Position numbers and translations under genes: made by a program
Shown here: positions 28,299-41,353 of the stretch, piece by piece
How positions within the stretch are numbered: the first letter of the stretch is position 1
Layout: each line of letters opens with the position of its first letter
Notes under the pieces: model-generated
What the model was told of the DNA's origin: nothing
What the model saw: only the letters and a program-made list of their open reading frames with translations
Databases searched by the model: none
Source: Azolla caroliniana
Lineage: Eukaryota; Plantae; Polypodiophyta
Length of the DNA: 64,000 nt
Assembly: GCA_043228905.1 (NCBI GenBank)
Contig: JBHGNT010000011.1
Coordinates: 21,638,001 to 21,702,000, forward strand
Reading direction: 5' to 3'

Positions 28299-31200
28299 CC
28301 TGACTTTGGAGGGGACAATAAATTCTTTCCATCTTTTTCAAGGTGAAAACATATCGTTAATTTGATTGATTGGATTTCTTACTTGACAAAAACACCAAAT
28401 CCAAGTTAAAGTTGGATACACACGAATTCTCAACTACATAAATTGGTTGCCACTATAATATGTATAGTTTGATGGTGTAACGCAGATGTGATTAAGCTCA
28501 ATTCTCAGACTTCCACACAAGCACCTATTCGATCATGTATGTATATAAACTCAATCAATCCTATCCTAAATTTACATTACCAATACATTCTAATTCCATT
28601 CAATCCCCTCCCAAATTTACATTTACCATTAGTATATTCTAATCCCATCCAATTGCATTTAATAAGCTAACCCTTAATTAGTTTCAGGAATCTAGTTTTG
28701 GTGATAGTTAAAAGTATTCTGTATCTGCATATTTGTTTTTTTCAAATCCACATGCAATAAAAGTTCAATAATATGTATATATTATGGGCCTCCTTCGGGT
28801 CCCATGATCATCCATGATCGCATTTTATTCATTTCAATGGAAGCCTTGAAGTTTGCACCAATGCAAAAGATTTGTGAAGGTATAGGTGATAGGTAAACAC
28901 GCAATTTGTTTTTGCTAACTTTTGATATAATATCCCTGAGGCTCCCCAAAAAATTTTAAATCTTTTTCAGAGTTTTCTGATATCAGAATGCAAATCCCCG
29001 TGCACTCTATGTAGCCATTTGTGTCCCACGTCCCACAAGTGTCTTAACTTTTGACGTAAACATGGAGTGCTCTCTAAGTTCCTAAGGTTACCATCTGAAT
29101 CTTGGGCCAGGCCCACATGTGTCGGTTTCAAAGTTTTTGAAGTTTTTTTGAGTTTGGGATCGAAATCAAGTGGCTGGCCCTGTCATTAACGTGTCCTCGA
29201 TCATTGGTTGGGGCCCGGGGGAAACTATGCTTCAGTTATGGTCAAAAAGCATACTAGGCATGGGAGGTGTTTAGCCAATCTTTGCAACCTTATGTTTAGC
29301 AATCGTTTTCTAATATGCAAGGTGCCATCTAGTTGGGCATCAGTATGACATTAAGGATTCCTTTCCGATAGAGTATTGTGCATGTGCTAATGGAAAATGC
29401 GATGTGTAATGTGTAAATTATTGATCCTACCAAAAAATTGTCCATTGTGCTATTTGGTTAAGTTCACGAATCTTGGGAAAGGTGGCCACTTTTATGATGT
29501 AGCTCCAATCATGCAGCTGTCAACTTTATGCAAACTATGTCAACACTTAATTGAGATGCATAGACATACCATCCATAGCTAGCAATGTTTATAGTTGTAT
29601 ACATTTCTTCAAATGGGCATTAAATGTCTTGTAGAATATAATTATCATTGTTAATGTCATGATAACACGTGGCTCTTCACGTCACAATTTGTATGTAGAT
29701 TGTATTCTCAACTTTATTGCTTTGAAAAGTTATTGGAGATTAGATAGGAGATGGGGGGTTGGGTATTGGAGGGTCAAAGCAATACTTCATTTCGAGAATA
29801 TAATTAACGGGATATTCATAGTGATTGTGTCATCAAGAAGTATAGATAATCCAAATTAAATCCTAGTTCTACCATAACTCTATTCTAAGTTGCTTCAAAT
29901 TAATGTGTTGAACTTTCAAGTATACATGTTGAAAAAAACAGTGCAAACTCTGGAGCATCAATGAATGAATGAAGACTAAACAGGCTACTTTTTGACACAC
30001 ATACATACTTTGCATTAAGATGAGTAGGACATTCTTGTTGTACATAGTTTTATGGAGCCAATCTACAGATGTACAGTTAGAAAATTTCCAATGTAGGTTT
30101 TATATTGAAATGTATGTGGATTTGTCAACAAACAACAAATTTTAGTTTGTGGATACTCTTTATATCCTCCCAACAAATTTGCCGCCAAAAACTACAAATA
30201 ACACCACATTGCAAGCACTTCAAATGGCACATGAAATAATAAATTTATAGTTTGGAGTGTATTTACTAGAAATGTCACTTGATATGTGATTAATTATGTA
30301 GATTGCTAGTTACTTAGGCATATCCTCATTATATCTTTATACTTTTTTTATTATGAATTATGTGTTTAATTATGTGGACTGTTAGTTAATTATATAGGCT
30401 TAAAATCCTCCTCAATATTTCTTTTTCTTTCTCCTCCCCAATAAGACCATCCTTTCTCTTGAGTCTATATGACTTAATATACAAGTAATGTCATCATGGT
30501 CACTAGTAGGTCGTAATCTAAATGATTTATTTTCATTCTTGCCCACTTGTAATAATTTGATAAATTTAAGAAATAATAATAGAACTCTTTTGACTTATTG
30601 AAAAGGATTCATTTTAAAGTTTTATCTTTGTTAACAACATACACATTCAAAGATAGTTTTTTAAGAAAGAAGAAAGTCCACCATCCTTTAATCTCTCTCA
30701 AACTTTCCCAAGTCTTCCTTACTCGCTTTATTTAAATATCTTGCTAAGTTCTCTCTAAACATTTCTAGAGTCATGACTCAATCATGCAAAATTACAACTT
30801 GAGTTTACACCTTGTTGGCACTAGCCATTCCTTCTACACAAGTCATTTTCATTCTCTTGTGACTATTATCATATACATGTCTACTTCTCAAACAACAATT
30901 TGCTAATGTGTTAACTTAAAATTACTTGCAAATCACTTCCACCAATTTGCAAATGTAGACTTAAACTACTTGCAAACTACCTGTGCAAATAGTTCACACC
31001 AGTTTGGAAGCTCAATATTGGTTCTATGTATTACAAAAACCATTTCCTTGTTTAGAAAAATGAATGTGTTACTTCACTAGTGATTGATAGCACTTACAAT
31101 TATATTTGAAGTATGAGCAACATTTCTAGTCTATCCACTTCTTTTCATAAAAACAATGTTATATTTTCTAAAAGTATTTTACATGATGCTTTGTATCTTA

Positions 31201-32884
31201 CCACCTTCACTAAATTTCTTTCGATGGCCCATAATGGATGTTCCTATCTATAGGAGATGATGGATAGATATCAATATCTATATTTCTTTGTCTTCTCATT
31301 CTGTATCTTCAAAAAAAAATTGTAATACATCTTTGGTTTTAATGGATTATAAACAAATATCATTGGTATAATAGATTTACTTAGTATATTTCATTTTGAC
31401 TAACAATCTGAAAAAATGTACTTTATGTATATTAACATTTTCTATTTGCCATTATCAAGATAGCTTTCTGGTAACTAAAAAATAAGAAACTAGCTGAAAG
31501 TTTAGACAATTCTGTAGTTTTGCTGGTTTAGATAAATACATCACATAGAGCAGCATTTCCTCATATTATCCCATCTAAGATATGTGCAAGATCCTAGCAA
31601 GTCCATTTGACTAGTTACAAACATGATCAAACTTGAAACACAGAATTCAAATATTACTTAGCACCTATTAAAAAAATGGAACGTGACAAAGATGCTTGTT
31701 TTTTCTGGAATAATAGTCTCATTGTTTTAAGAAGCCAAGTTTGAAATGTTTTGGGAAAAGAAATTACTCGCATTTATTATTAATTGCCCTATCATCTAAT
31801 AGCTGATTAAGAATAATTTATTTATTAACCATTAACAATTAATAATCTATACATTTCACACACTTTTTGTTCGGTGGAGCTTACCCTGTCAATGCTCATG
31901 ATCAAGTCTGTGCAAACTATATTTCCACTTATGCTTACCCTGTCAATGCTCATGATCAAAGCTTTTTCCTTTGTGATTTCCACAATTTGTACTGGTATAA
32001 CCTTTATTCCCCCTTTATAGATGGCTCCACAACTCCTTCAGAGGTTGTGTCTTACTGAAAACATGTTTCCAGCTACAATCAGGCATGCATTCTCCTTATT
32101 CAGAGGTATGTCTCTATACACCACTCCTTTTCAATGTTTTCAGTACCACAATTAGTGCTCAAAACAAAGCTCCACCTAAGGAATGCTCAAATCCTTCAGA
32201 CTGCTGTAGTATTCCCACTGAAGCAGGCCATCCTTGCCTGTCTTTCCGTTACTTGGAACATCTGATCTCAATAGATTGGTCATGGTCCTTCCCCATCTTC
32301 TAGCAGATTTTAGCAGTCTAATCTTTGTTTTTATAGTAACACTTTTATTACTAGTGGGAAAACTAAAATTGAGGTGAAACTCCATAATGAATAAAGAGAT
32401 CTAATCACTCCAATCTTAGGCATGTTGTAAAAGGCCCAATCAACAATTTCTAGCCATGTTCGCTCCCTTTTCAGGGTCAAGTCTAAGAAGCTAAGAGAAC
32501 CTGGACTATCAGGTTAGCCATTTATCTCCCTATAAACCAAGGAATTAGACAAAGTAAACACATATCAAATAATTATGATGTTGATAGACAGTGACATAAT
32601 GGGGGTATTTTCTAAGTATGTTCTGCACATTCAGAGCACTGAACTGTCCAGGCCATTTCTCGAATGGTTCCAAGTAAAAAGATCAATCTCCTAGCTATGC
32701 AATAACATCAATGCAAGACGATCGACCCAACATAGAGAAAAAAAACTTTGAATAAGGCAACCACTAAGTAAAGAATTCTAGGTACAATTAAATATCAAAC
32801 CAGCTTTGCTAACATGCATTATTATATGTGGGGTGTAGACTCAGACAGATCAATCTCCACGTGAATCAGATTGGAGAGTTACAA

Positions 32885-33364
32885 TAGATCTTGCCACAAT
32901 ACCTTGTTTCTTTTATCATTTTGAAGAGGATATAAATTTGAAGGGTAGCAAGGCAGGAAGCCAATATGACTGCACTTTACAAGAGGGTAACGGTGGCCAT
33001 GGTGTCGAATAACCATACATAAGTATGGGGCTCTCGGAAATGTGCTTGGTGGCATTTTGTTCTAGCATTGTTAAAGCTGCATATGCTTAAGTGACTCAAT
33101 GTTTGGGGGCTTGGGTCATACAGGTGCTCACTTGTACTTGTAAATGTGCCTCACATAAGCGAATTGCTATAGGTCTTGCTGCAATACCTTGTTTCTTTCA
33201 TCATTTTGAAGAGGGTGAATAAGGATGGAGAAGCAGGATGTCCATATTATTGCACCATGCACAAGGTCAAGGGTGACCATGATGTCTTGTAAACATGCAT
33301 TCGTACAAGGATATCAAAAATGTACTTGCTGGCACTTTTGTTCTAGAATGACTAGAGCTGCATA
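32885..33364. repeat. Diverged ~200-bp direct repeat pair
   Basis: CAATACCTTGTTTCTTT..ATCATTTTGAAGAGG...TTTTGTTCTAG...AGCTGCATAT at ~32885-33085 and ~33170-33364. Confidence 0.7.
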
Positions 33365-33368
33365 TTAA

Positions 33369-34480
33369 AATTAGAATTAGAATTAGAACTAGAACTAGAA
33401 TTTTTATCGTCCATAAAAAGGCCAATTTTGACCTATGGAACCACAATATACATGTGTTCTTGATGTGTGTCTCCTTCCTAAAAACAGGTATTCATACATT
33501 GAAGTACAAAGTCTCTATGCGTGAATAAAGCATATAAGTGGTGTCTTAAGTATGGCACTTAAGTTATCAATCCCTCTTAGTATGTCAATATATGTTGAAC
33601 AAATTGCACTATATGCTGAGCATGTGAAGAGCAAGTGACATTCATCATCTACTATGCCTTCATGGCATACTTACATGCCTTCAAATTCGTTACATTTTGA
33701 TACTATGATGCAACTTCAATACCTAACTTATGAGATCGAGTGCGAAGTAGTGTAAGGGCTCTACAAGCATTACTAATCATATTGGTAAAGAGATATGGTT
33801 CGATACGATCAATAAGCATTCTTGCTTTACATTGAGACCAACATTCAGGGTTAGCATTTGCAATGTAGTATTCTAGCTTTGTCCTTTTAACATCTTCCCA
33901 CTTCATCCTTAGTGATTCCACCAGCCTTTCCGCAATCATTACATACTGCATAGTATCACCCGAAAGCTCTAAAAGATCATCCAAACCCCATCTTCTAAAC
34001 CATTTTCCTATGTCAACAACCCAACCGGATAAGAGAATTTTACTCTTATGATTCTTTTGTAGCTTACATCCAACATTCCAAGCAAGATGTGGTAATCGAT
34101 GATTTGGCATATTCTTGACCTTTGTAATGTATCTATATACTCTTTGGAGTGCCAATATTTCTATGGGCCGAACACATGTTTCCAAGAACATAACCTAGTA
34201 AAAGGTATTGCATTTAACTCCTAATTGCCTCCTTAAAAACATCTTCTGAATTTTCTCAACCTCATTCCGTGCATTAAGAGAGATGGTGCCACCCCATACT
34301 TCTATTCTATAAAGCAATACTTGAGTTACCATTGCATTGAACAACATTAGTTTTACTTCCCATCCATAAGTATCACTTTGGTTGCATTAGTTCTCCAAAA
34401 GGTGATACGTTCCAACCGGCTTGAAGCTTAGAATCAAAGCATGCACTCCATTTATTTGTGGCAGATACATCAATACCAAG
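33369..34480 (-). mobile_element. Decayed 5'-truncated non-LTR retrotransposon, RTE/RTE-X-like
   Basis: The minus strand reads YLGIDV (RT thumb), KLMLFNAMVTQVLLY..EVWG, IQKMFLRRQLGV, RLPHLAW and LLRTRSHKLGIE, with stops. A hexamer tandem tail (TTCTAA/TTCTAG)n lies at 33369-33400. Confidence 0.75.
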
Positions 34481-36193
34481 ATAGAGAGAGAGTAAATCTT
34501 TTGGTGCCTTCGGTCATAGAGGAGCCCATTCATGTTTGTAAATGTAACTCCTACCTACTATACATACAAATCCACAAAAAACTTGGTAACTTGTTGACAA
34601 GTCAACAAATGTGAGGAAAATCATGGCCTTACTCTTTTCTTGGTTTATGGTGACGTGATGTGGCATGGCAAAAGGTAGAAAACATGAAAAGGGAAGGTCC
34701 ACAGACAAGCACAAAAAGATATGTAAATAGGAAAAGATAAACATAATAAGTAAGTGAATAGCCTAGTGGTTAAAACTATTCGCTACATTGATACACTTGC
34801 ATGGCCTACAACTGATGATCTCTATACAAAATTACCTGCTAGAAGTTAGCGACCTCAAGCAATGCCTTGGACAATCTCTATTCAACCATCTACAACTCTG
34901 GGTCATCCCGGCTCAAACTTGGCCTCCTTACTTTGGGGCATTCTGAGCACTTCAATGTCAAATCAACGCTACATTTCTCTTCATTCTTCGTGGCTTTTCA
35001 CCTCACATTAGTTAGGTTCCCCAAAAGTAACTAACATAAGCATGACTATAAACAAAAGTAACTACAACTAACATAGGTATCAAAGTAGTTTTTATCCACT
35101 AACATGTTAAGTGTATCCGGGTTCAACTTGATTCTTCATTTCCTAATTAAAAAAATTGGGCCTACCTGGTAAATTTGGTTTCTTATCTTACTAGCCTACT
35201 TCTCTTCGGTTCATTTTAGTCTCTATACACCCTCAAGCCTATTATATTAGTTAGTTCACTGGCCAATTCAAGGAAATTGTTGCAATGTCTACAACAACCA
35301 AGCTTACTTGCACATGTCCAACACCCATATACATTCCTACAGCCTTCCAAACTTTTTTACTGATTTCAAACAGCAAATGTCACAAGAATCACCTACGCAA
35401 GTTCCTCCATAACCTTTTCTTCTTAAACAACTTTTATGTTCTAGTCTTCACCACCAAGCTCTAATGCCATATAGAAGTTTCGATATCTAGTTCAATGCTT
35501 TGATACCACAAAAGTCCAGATACCAGAAACTAATCACGTGGAACACTCTCACAATGAGCAAGAAAATCAGAAAGCTTAAGAAACGCACATAGAGACTCAA
35601 AAACAAGGAATAAATGTTCAACTTTCAACTTATATTTATAAGAAACGCACATAGAGAATCTTATATTTATATTCTGCACATAACTTCTATTATGTGCAGA
35701 ATATAAATATAAGATGACCAAAAGAGGGGTTAATCTAAGTACTAAATGTTCACACATGTTCAACTTTCAAAATTTTGGGTTGACTCTAAGCTCCTGTCGC
35801 TGTGCATGTTGAGCTTGTATCTCAACAATGTTTATTTTCTAATAATCAACCTTGTGGTAACTCCAATAATATTGTTTTACTAGAGAGGTTACAATATTGT
35901 TTAAGAGAATGGCCTAAAAAATTCCACAACAGTAACCTACTTCCTATTTGGTTGAGAAAAACCATTTGGAAGTATTCCAAATGGTTAGAAAACACTACTG
36001 AACTGGAACGGGTTATTTCTGGCAATGATCTACATTACATAACATAACATAACATAAAATAGAATACAATACATGTTATAATATAGCCATATATCACTTT
36101 TTAATGAAGCCAAAAAAAAATCACAGCCTCTTATTTGAGATGATCGAAATTCGATCTAGTGAAAAGACCAAGCACATTTACATAAAAGACCAA

Positions 36194-36224
<31 letters not shown>

Positions 36225-36349
36225 CACACCCAGCCACCCAAACACATACATGACATGAACTAAGACTTTTTCATAAACTGTAAAGACTTTTTTATAAACT
36301 AAAGAAGTAATCAAACGCTTTTATAAAATATAAAAACTTTTAGAGAAGA

Positions 36350-36395
36350 AGTGTGTACATATGCACGTATGTATTTATTTATGTTTGTGTGCATG

Positions 36396-36427
<32 letters not shown>

Positions 36428-36690
36428 TGTATCCATGCATGCATAATGCATGAATGTATGTAAGTATAGTATCCAAAATGCATGCATGGATGTATGTATC
36501 CAAATGTATGCATGCATGTACGTATGCATCAGCATACCTACATATGAACATATATTTCGATGAACGAATGTGCAAACTTTTGCCTGTATGCCTATCATAC
36601 CAACTTCAAAACATGCATACATACATATGAACATATATTCCGATGAATGAATGTGCAAACGTTTGCCTGTATGCCTATCATACTAACTAT
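36350..36690. repeat. (TATG)n/ATGC low-complexity tract plus a ~60-bp direct duplication
   Basis: Visible TATG runs. CATATGAACATATAT...TTTGCCTGTATGCCTATCATAC occurs twice. Confidence 0.8.
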
Positions 36691-37419
36691 AAATATTAAA
36701 CCGAAACCTTAACCTTAACATACTAACCTTACACTTAACCCCTAACGTACAACAAAATAACCTAAACCTTAGCATATTAAGTTACTAAACCTCAAACCTA
36801 CGCCTAATCATCGAATCATATATTCGTTCATGCACCATAACCTTAAGCTAATAAGATACTTACTAGATCCCAGTGCGGAATGTAAGCATCAAACGCATGA
36901 CCTCGTGGTCTCTACCAGACATCAATCTCGCCGAATGGGCTATAATCGGGTTCTCTCTTTCTCTCTCGCAAATCAGGAATCTCGTTCGCTAAAATCAAAC
37001 AATGTGAACTATGATTAGAGAGCGAGCAGAGAGGGACGGGGAGAGGAGATACGAGAAACAAAAGTGGGGAAAAAATTACTAACCCTTAGAAAAAAAGGAG
37101 AAGCAAGAAGAAATAACCCTAACCGAAGAGAAGGAGAACATCGTTGGAGTCGTGCCGACAAAGATCCAACTCCTGCGTCACAACTACAGGAAGGAAGTAA
37201 AGAGCATGCATTTTCGGCAGTAGTATTCAAGAATTACAGCAGCGCAGCAAATTCCAACGCCGCTGAATTACTGCTTGAGGAGGAACCCTAAACCCCAGTA
37301 GTAATCGCTAGGAAGACAGAAATATCAGCATTACTGACAATAATACCGAATAAATAACATGAAAATGGTTTTTCCGAAAACGCTTATTTTCTTTAAAAAT
37401 ATCTATACGTTAGTATAAA

Positions 37420-38158
37420 CTTAGACAAATATATATACATATAGAGGTGCTAGGGAATAACCAATCTTGGTGGCTGAAAATGCCAAAAAAAGGGCTACCA
37501 TCTTTTAAAGACAGAAGTGGAGTAGCTTTCGAGAGAGTGAATAAATTGCTAGCGTTGAGTAATTGCAGCATCAGAACCCACCAATAAAACCAGACCACCA
37601 TGCTTTTTATGTATGGATGATATGTCCCACCCAATATTACTTGCTTGAGACCCTAACTTTATGAAAAGTGGTGGCTCTGCTTAGTAATTCCCATAATGGT
37701 TGTGTCTCCTTCCTTCTGCCTAAAAATTACACGAGCACTAATGGAACTACTCGAACAATTCTGTAGCAAGCATTAAAAGCATGGTCAAGAGACTCGGCAT
37801 CATAAGAGAACACGCAAGTGATAGCCAATCCCCCATTCCCCGTGTGAATATTCTTTGTGGAAAGTAGTTGGCAAAGATTATGAGAATGTGTTTCCACACT
37901 CAATGAGACTCAAAGATGTCCCATAGACAATGCTTTCGTGGTTCTTCTTGTGAATAACGCAAACCATAATTAGAGGTACACCCATCTTTGTGCAACCATG
38001 CACCAATAGGCAAGGCTCGATGCACAAGCAACCACCGCAAATGAACTATTTGTCGTGATTGTTTCCTTTCCCATAGCTTTCTCCAAAACTTAGAAAGAAA
38101 TTCCAAAGTAAGACCACGTTGAGTTTGATATTCAACATTGTTGGTGAAACATCTCATG
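37420..38158 (-). mobile_element. Decayed L1-clade LINE ORF2 3' fragment (zf-RVT region)
   Basis: FWRKLW...WLLVHRALPIGAWL...EPRKHCLWD is the L1 zf-RVT signature. It ends with a ...WLFP motif as in the other LINE tails. Confidence 0.75.
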
Positions 38159-38175
38159 AACTAGACAATATGTAT

Positions 38176-38972
38176 TTTATTATTGTATGTACAGGATTTT
38201 GGCAGTAATCGGCCAAATGGTTGATGTGGACTTAATGATGTAGAATTTATGTTTTGGATAAGGACGAGTGATGATGGTGTGGGGGCCGAAGCATAGTCTC
38301 ACGAGGAGAGGAGGAAACTTGACTTATTTTGTTGTTGTATGTGCAAGAATTTGGTGATAAGCGACAAGATGGTTGTTGTGGAAAGAGGAAGCATTCTTTT
38401 GTGTTTACAGACATGTATGTGAAATGTGGTTGTCTTGAAGAAGTATTTGATCGCCTTCAAAACCAAGATGTATAGGCATGGAGTACATTGTTCTCTACTT
38501 GGAAAGCTTATGGTAGCGTTCAATTTTTGGATAAAGGTGGATTGATTGGAATTGCATTGGTGGATATAGCATGTTGAAAAAGCATAATTTGTATTTGTTC
38601 CAATCTATGAGCTGCGAAGGCTTGTCTCTAGATGCCACAACTTTTGTTTCTGTTTATGGAATAGCTTGGAATGTGTGATTACAAATTATGTTGAACATGA
38701 GCATGTTGAAGAAGCATTGAAATGGTTCATCTATGAGTTGAGAGGGTTTGTCTCCGGATGCAACTACTTTTGTTGTTGTTTATCGAATAGCTTGGAATGT
38801 GTCTATGGAATAACTTGCAAATTAGTTGATTGTTTTCCTCTACTTTGGAGTACATAGATTTGATTTCTCATCCATTGTCTCACACAAGCCAGGTTGGGAA
38901 AAAATATTTTGTATGTTGTAGCTATTATGATTTTTTTTTAAATTAATGGAAGAATATTTTGTTTTGGAAAAA
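38176..38972 (+). pseudogene. Retroposed insertion containing PLS-class PPR gene fragments, flanked by a 17-bp TSD
   Basis: AACTAGACAATATGTAT at 38159-38175 and 38973-38989, with an A-rich end (TTTTGGAAAAA). Fragments read DMYVKCGCLEEVFDRLQNQDV*AW, EGLSLDATTFVS, ITNYVEHEHVEEALK and EGLSPDATTFV. Confidence 0.75.
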
Positions 38973-39140
38973 AACTAGACAATATGTATGTATTTGCTAT
39001 ATTGGAAAAAAATGAATTTGTTACTAGTAAACAGATGTATCCATGAATAGTCAATTAGGCAATGGATCTCGTGCCAACTTAAACAAAGGTTGCTTACCAT
39101 ACACGCATAACTTCCAATGTGACTTAACGTCCTCCCTCAG

Positions 39141-39317
39141 TTTGTCAATATATCATTTGCGATCAACACATCCTATTACTCTTCTTTTGGGTTCTAAAGC
39201 TGCATGCGAATAATCGATTGTCGTTCCATTTGTCAATATATCATTTGCAATCAACACATCCCATTAGTCTTCTTTTAGGTTCCAAAGCTGCATGCAAATA
39301 ATCGATTATCGTTCCAT
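39141..39317. repeat. 88-bp tandem duplication
   Basis: TTTGTCAATATATCATTTGC...AATAATCGATT.TCGTTCCA twice (units start 39141 and 39229). Confidence 0.9.
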
Positions 39318-40425
39318 CAAAGGAGACAACTAACTTGCATTATTAACATCAATAGGGTGAAAGGTCCTATCTTACAAGTAAACCCTTTACAACCAAGGTT
39401 GCTTCCAATCTTGAGAAAACACCTATCCATCTGAGGCGAGAGCTAGAGGTATTACCATATAGACGACATTCCTTATTGCAACAAAATTCTAAGAATGTAT
39501 GTCTATTTATTTAAAAACATTGCATTTACTTAGTATTGGTATGTTAAGTATAACAACGATTGACGTCTCTATAGAGATATGTGAGTGCCCACAAATTATC
39601 TTGTATAAGATAAGAATGAGACTAGACTGTAAAGTGCATGCAGAGTATAGTATGCATGCATGTGTGTTTACAAATTGCATGTGTTCGTCAATGATCATGC
39701 AAGTATGGATGTAGACATGTATGTATTTGCATGTTTGTATTTGTACAAGTATGCATGTATGCACATTCACAATACCTATCCCAACATTGTGATACTTGTC
39801 TCGTGCTTGATCAATGAGTTCCTTGCTAGAAGTCGTGACACCCTTCCTCCTTGTTTGAAGCTCTAGCATTGAATCCATACAACCAAAATGTTTGACACTT
39901 TTGCTAGAATATGACAAATTGCAACATGGTTGACAAAGTGCCAAAAGTTGGAGCATTTTGGTATAATGTTGAAAATTATGACAATAGGGAAATATTGGAA
40001 TTTGGAGCAATATCCATCATGGCAAGTTAATGTGGCGCACATGTGAATATATGTAGCACAAATATAAGCTTTTCATTTTTTATTAATATTGTGAGAAAAT
40101 GTTATTTATTTGCCACATTTTACTATGTACCTACTTCTCTTATTAAAATGAATGGCCAAAACCTTTTTTATATTGGTAATGATTGACCTTATAAATTAGT
40201 TTAAAGTATCGTGCTTAATACTTACCCAACTAAGTATATCAATGAATCTTTTAGGTACAGAAGGCATGGCATGTAATATGTTTTTTTTTTCCCAAAATGA
40301 AGCTACTTTCCCATTAGTTAGGAAGGATTATTACAAAGAGACTGTACAAGGAGGCTTATACATAGATCGGGGAATCTCCCTCCGATCAGGTTCTTTTTTT
40401 TTGACAAAAAGATATGCCCTGGTAT

Positions 40426-40930
40426 TAACAATCGGCAACGGTTCGGTTTTAACCGAACCGAACCGAACCGTGAAACCGCGGTTTAACAGCTTAACAGTTT
40501 CAAAGGTTCGGTTCGGTTTTGGGTTTGGGTTTAAAAAAATGGTTCGGTTCAGTTTAAATAGTTTAACGGTTTTTTATTTTATTTTTTAAAAAATTGTAAT
40601 TTTTTTTTTTAAATCGATTTTTTTTTAAAAATAGTTTTTAAAGAATCTTTTCATTTTTAGACATTATTCTCACATTTTAGGAACATCTTAAAAATTTTAA
40701 AATTTTAAAAAAATGAAATATTATAAATTTAAAAATATTAAAATTTTGACCTATGTTGAAAAACCGAAACCACGGTTTTTACGGTTTTACGGTTTAATGG
40801 TTTAACGGTTTAAAAAATGTTTAACGGTTCGGTTTAACAGTTTCACAGTTCGGTTCGATTCAGGTTTTAAAAAATTTTAACGGTTCGGTTTGAACCCTTT
40901 CAAACCAAACCAAACCGTTGCCGATTGTTA
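40426..40930. mobile_element. Complete non-autonomous hAT-type MITE (505 bp)
   Basis: 18-bp TIR TAACAATCGGCAACGGTT / AACCGTTGCCGATTGTTA, perfect 8-bp TSD CCTGGTAT (40418-40425, 40931-40938), and many subterminal AACCG/CGGTT motifs. Confidence 0.93.
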
Positions 40931-41353
40931 CCTGGTATTATAAAATCATAAGAAATACAAAGTTGTTTATTTTCTTACGTACTACATTATACAAGTACTC
41001 TACAGAATAGGCCTTCAGACAAGCTCACTCATAGGTTGGGTAAGGACCAATGAAGCCTATATTATGTTAATTAAGTTTGTTCAATTCATTAATGTCTGAT
41101 TATGGGTTTTGCCCCCATCGGTATATAATTTACTTATGTATTTGTTGTCATGATTTCTTGTTTGTTTATCTTTTTATTTTGTGGGCTGAATTTGTATTGA
41201 TGAATAGGTAAAACAATGGGGATATGATGTACACACCGAGAAGGGGAAAAAAGCTTTGTAGGAAAGGAACTACAAGAAGTAAAACAAAATCTTCTTCTTT
41301 TTCTCAAAAATGCGATAGGGGACAAAGAAAAACAACCTCACCTAATGACTACT

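Noticed and set aside
27357-28365. Antisense and alternate-frame ORFs over the LBD gene
   Set aside because: Explained by high GC and trinucleotide repeats in the LBD CDS.
31867-32310. Micro-exon-like segments with AG/GT borders and a ~27-bp direct repeat
   Set aside because: The implied introns would be only ~36-38 nt, too short, and no coherent product results.
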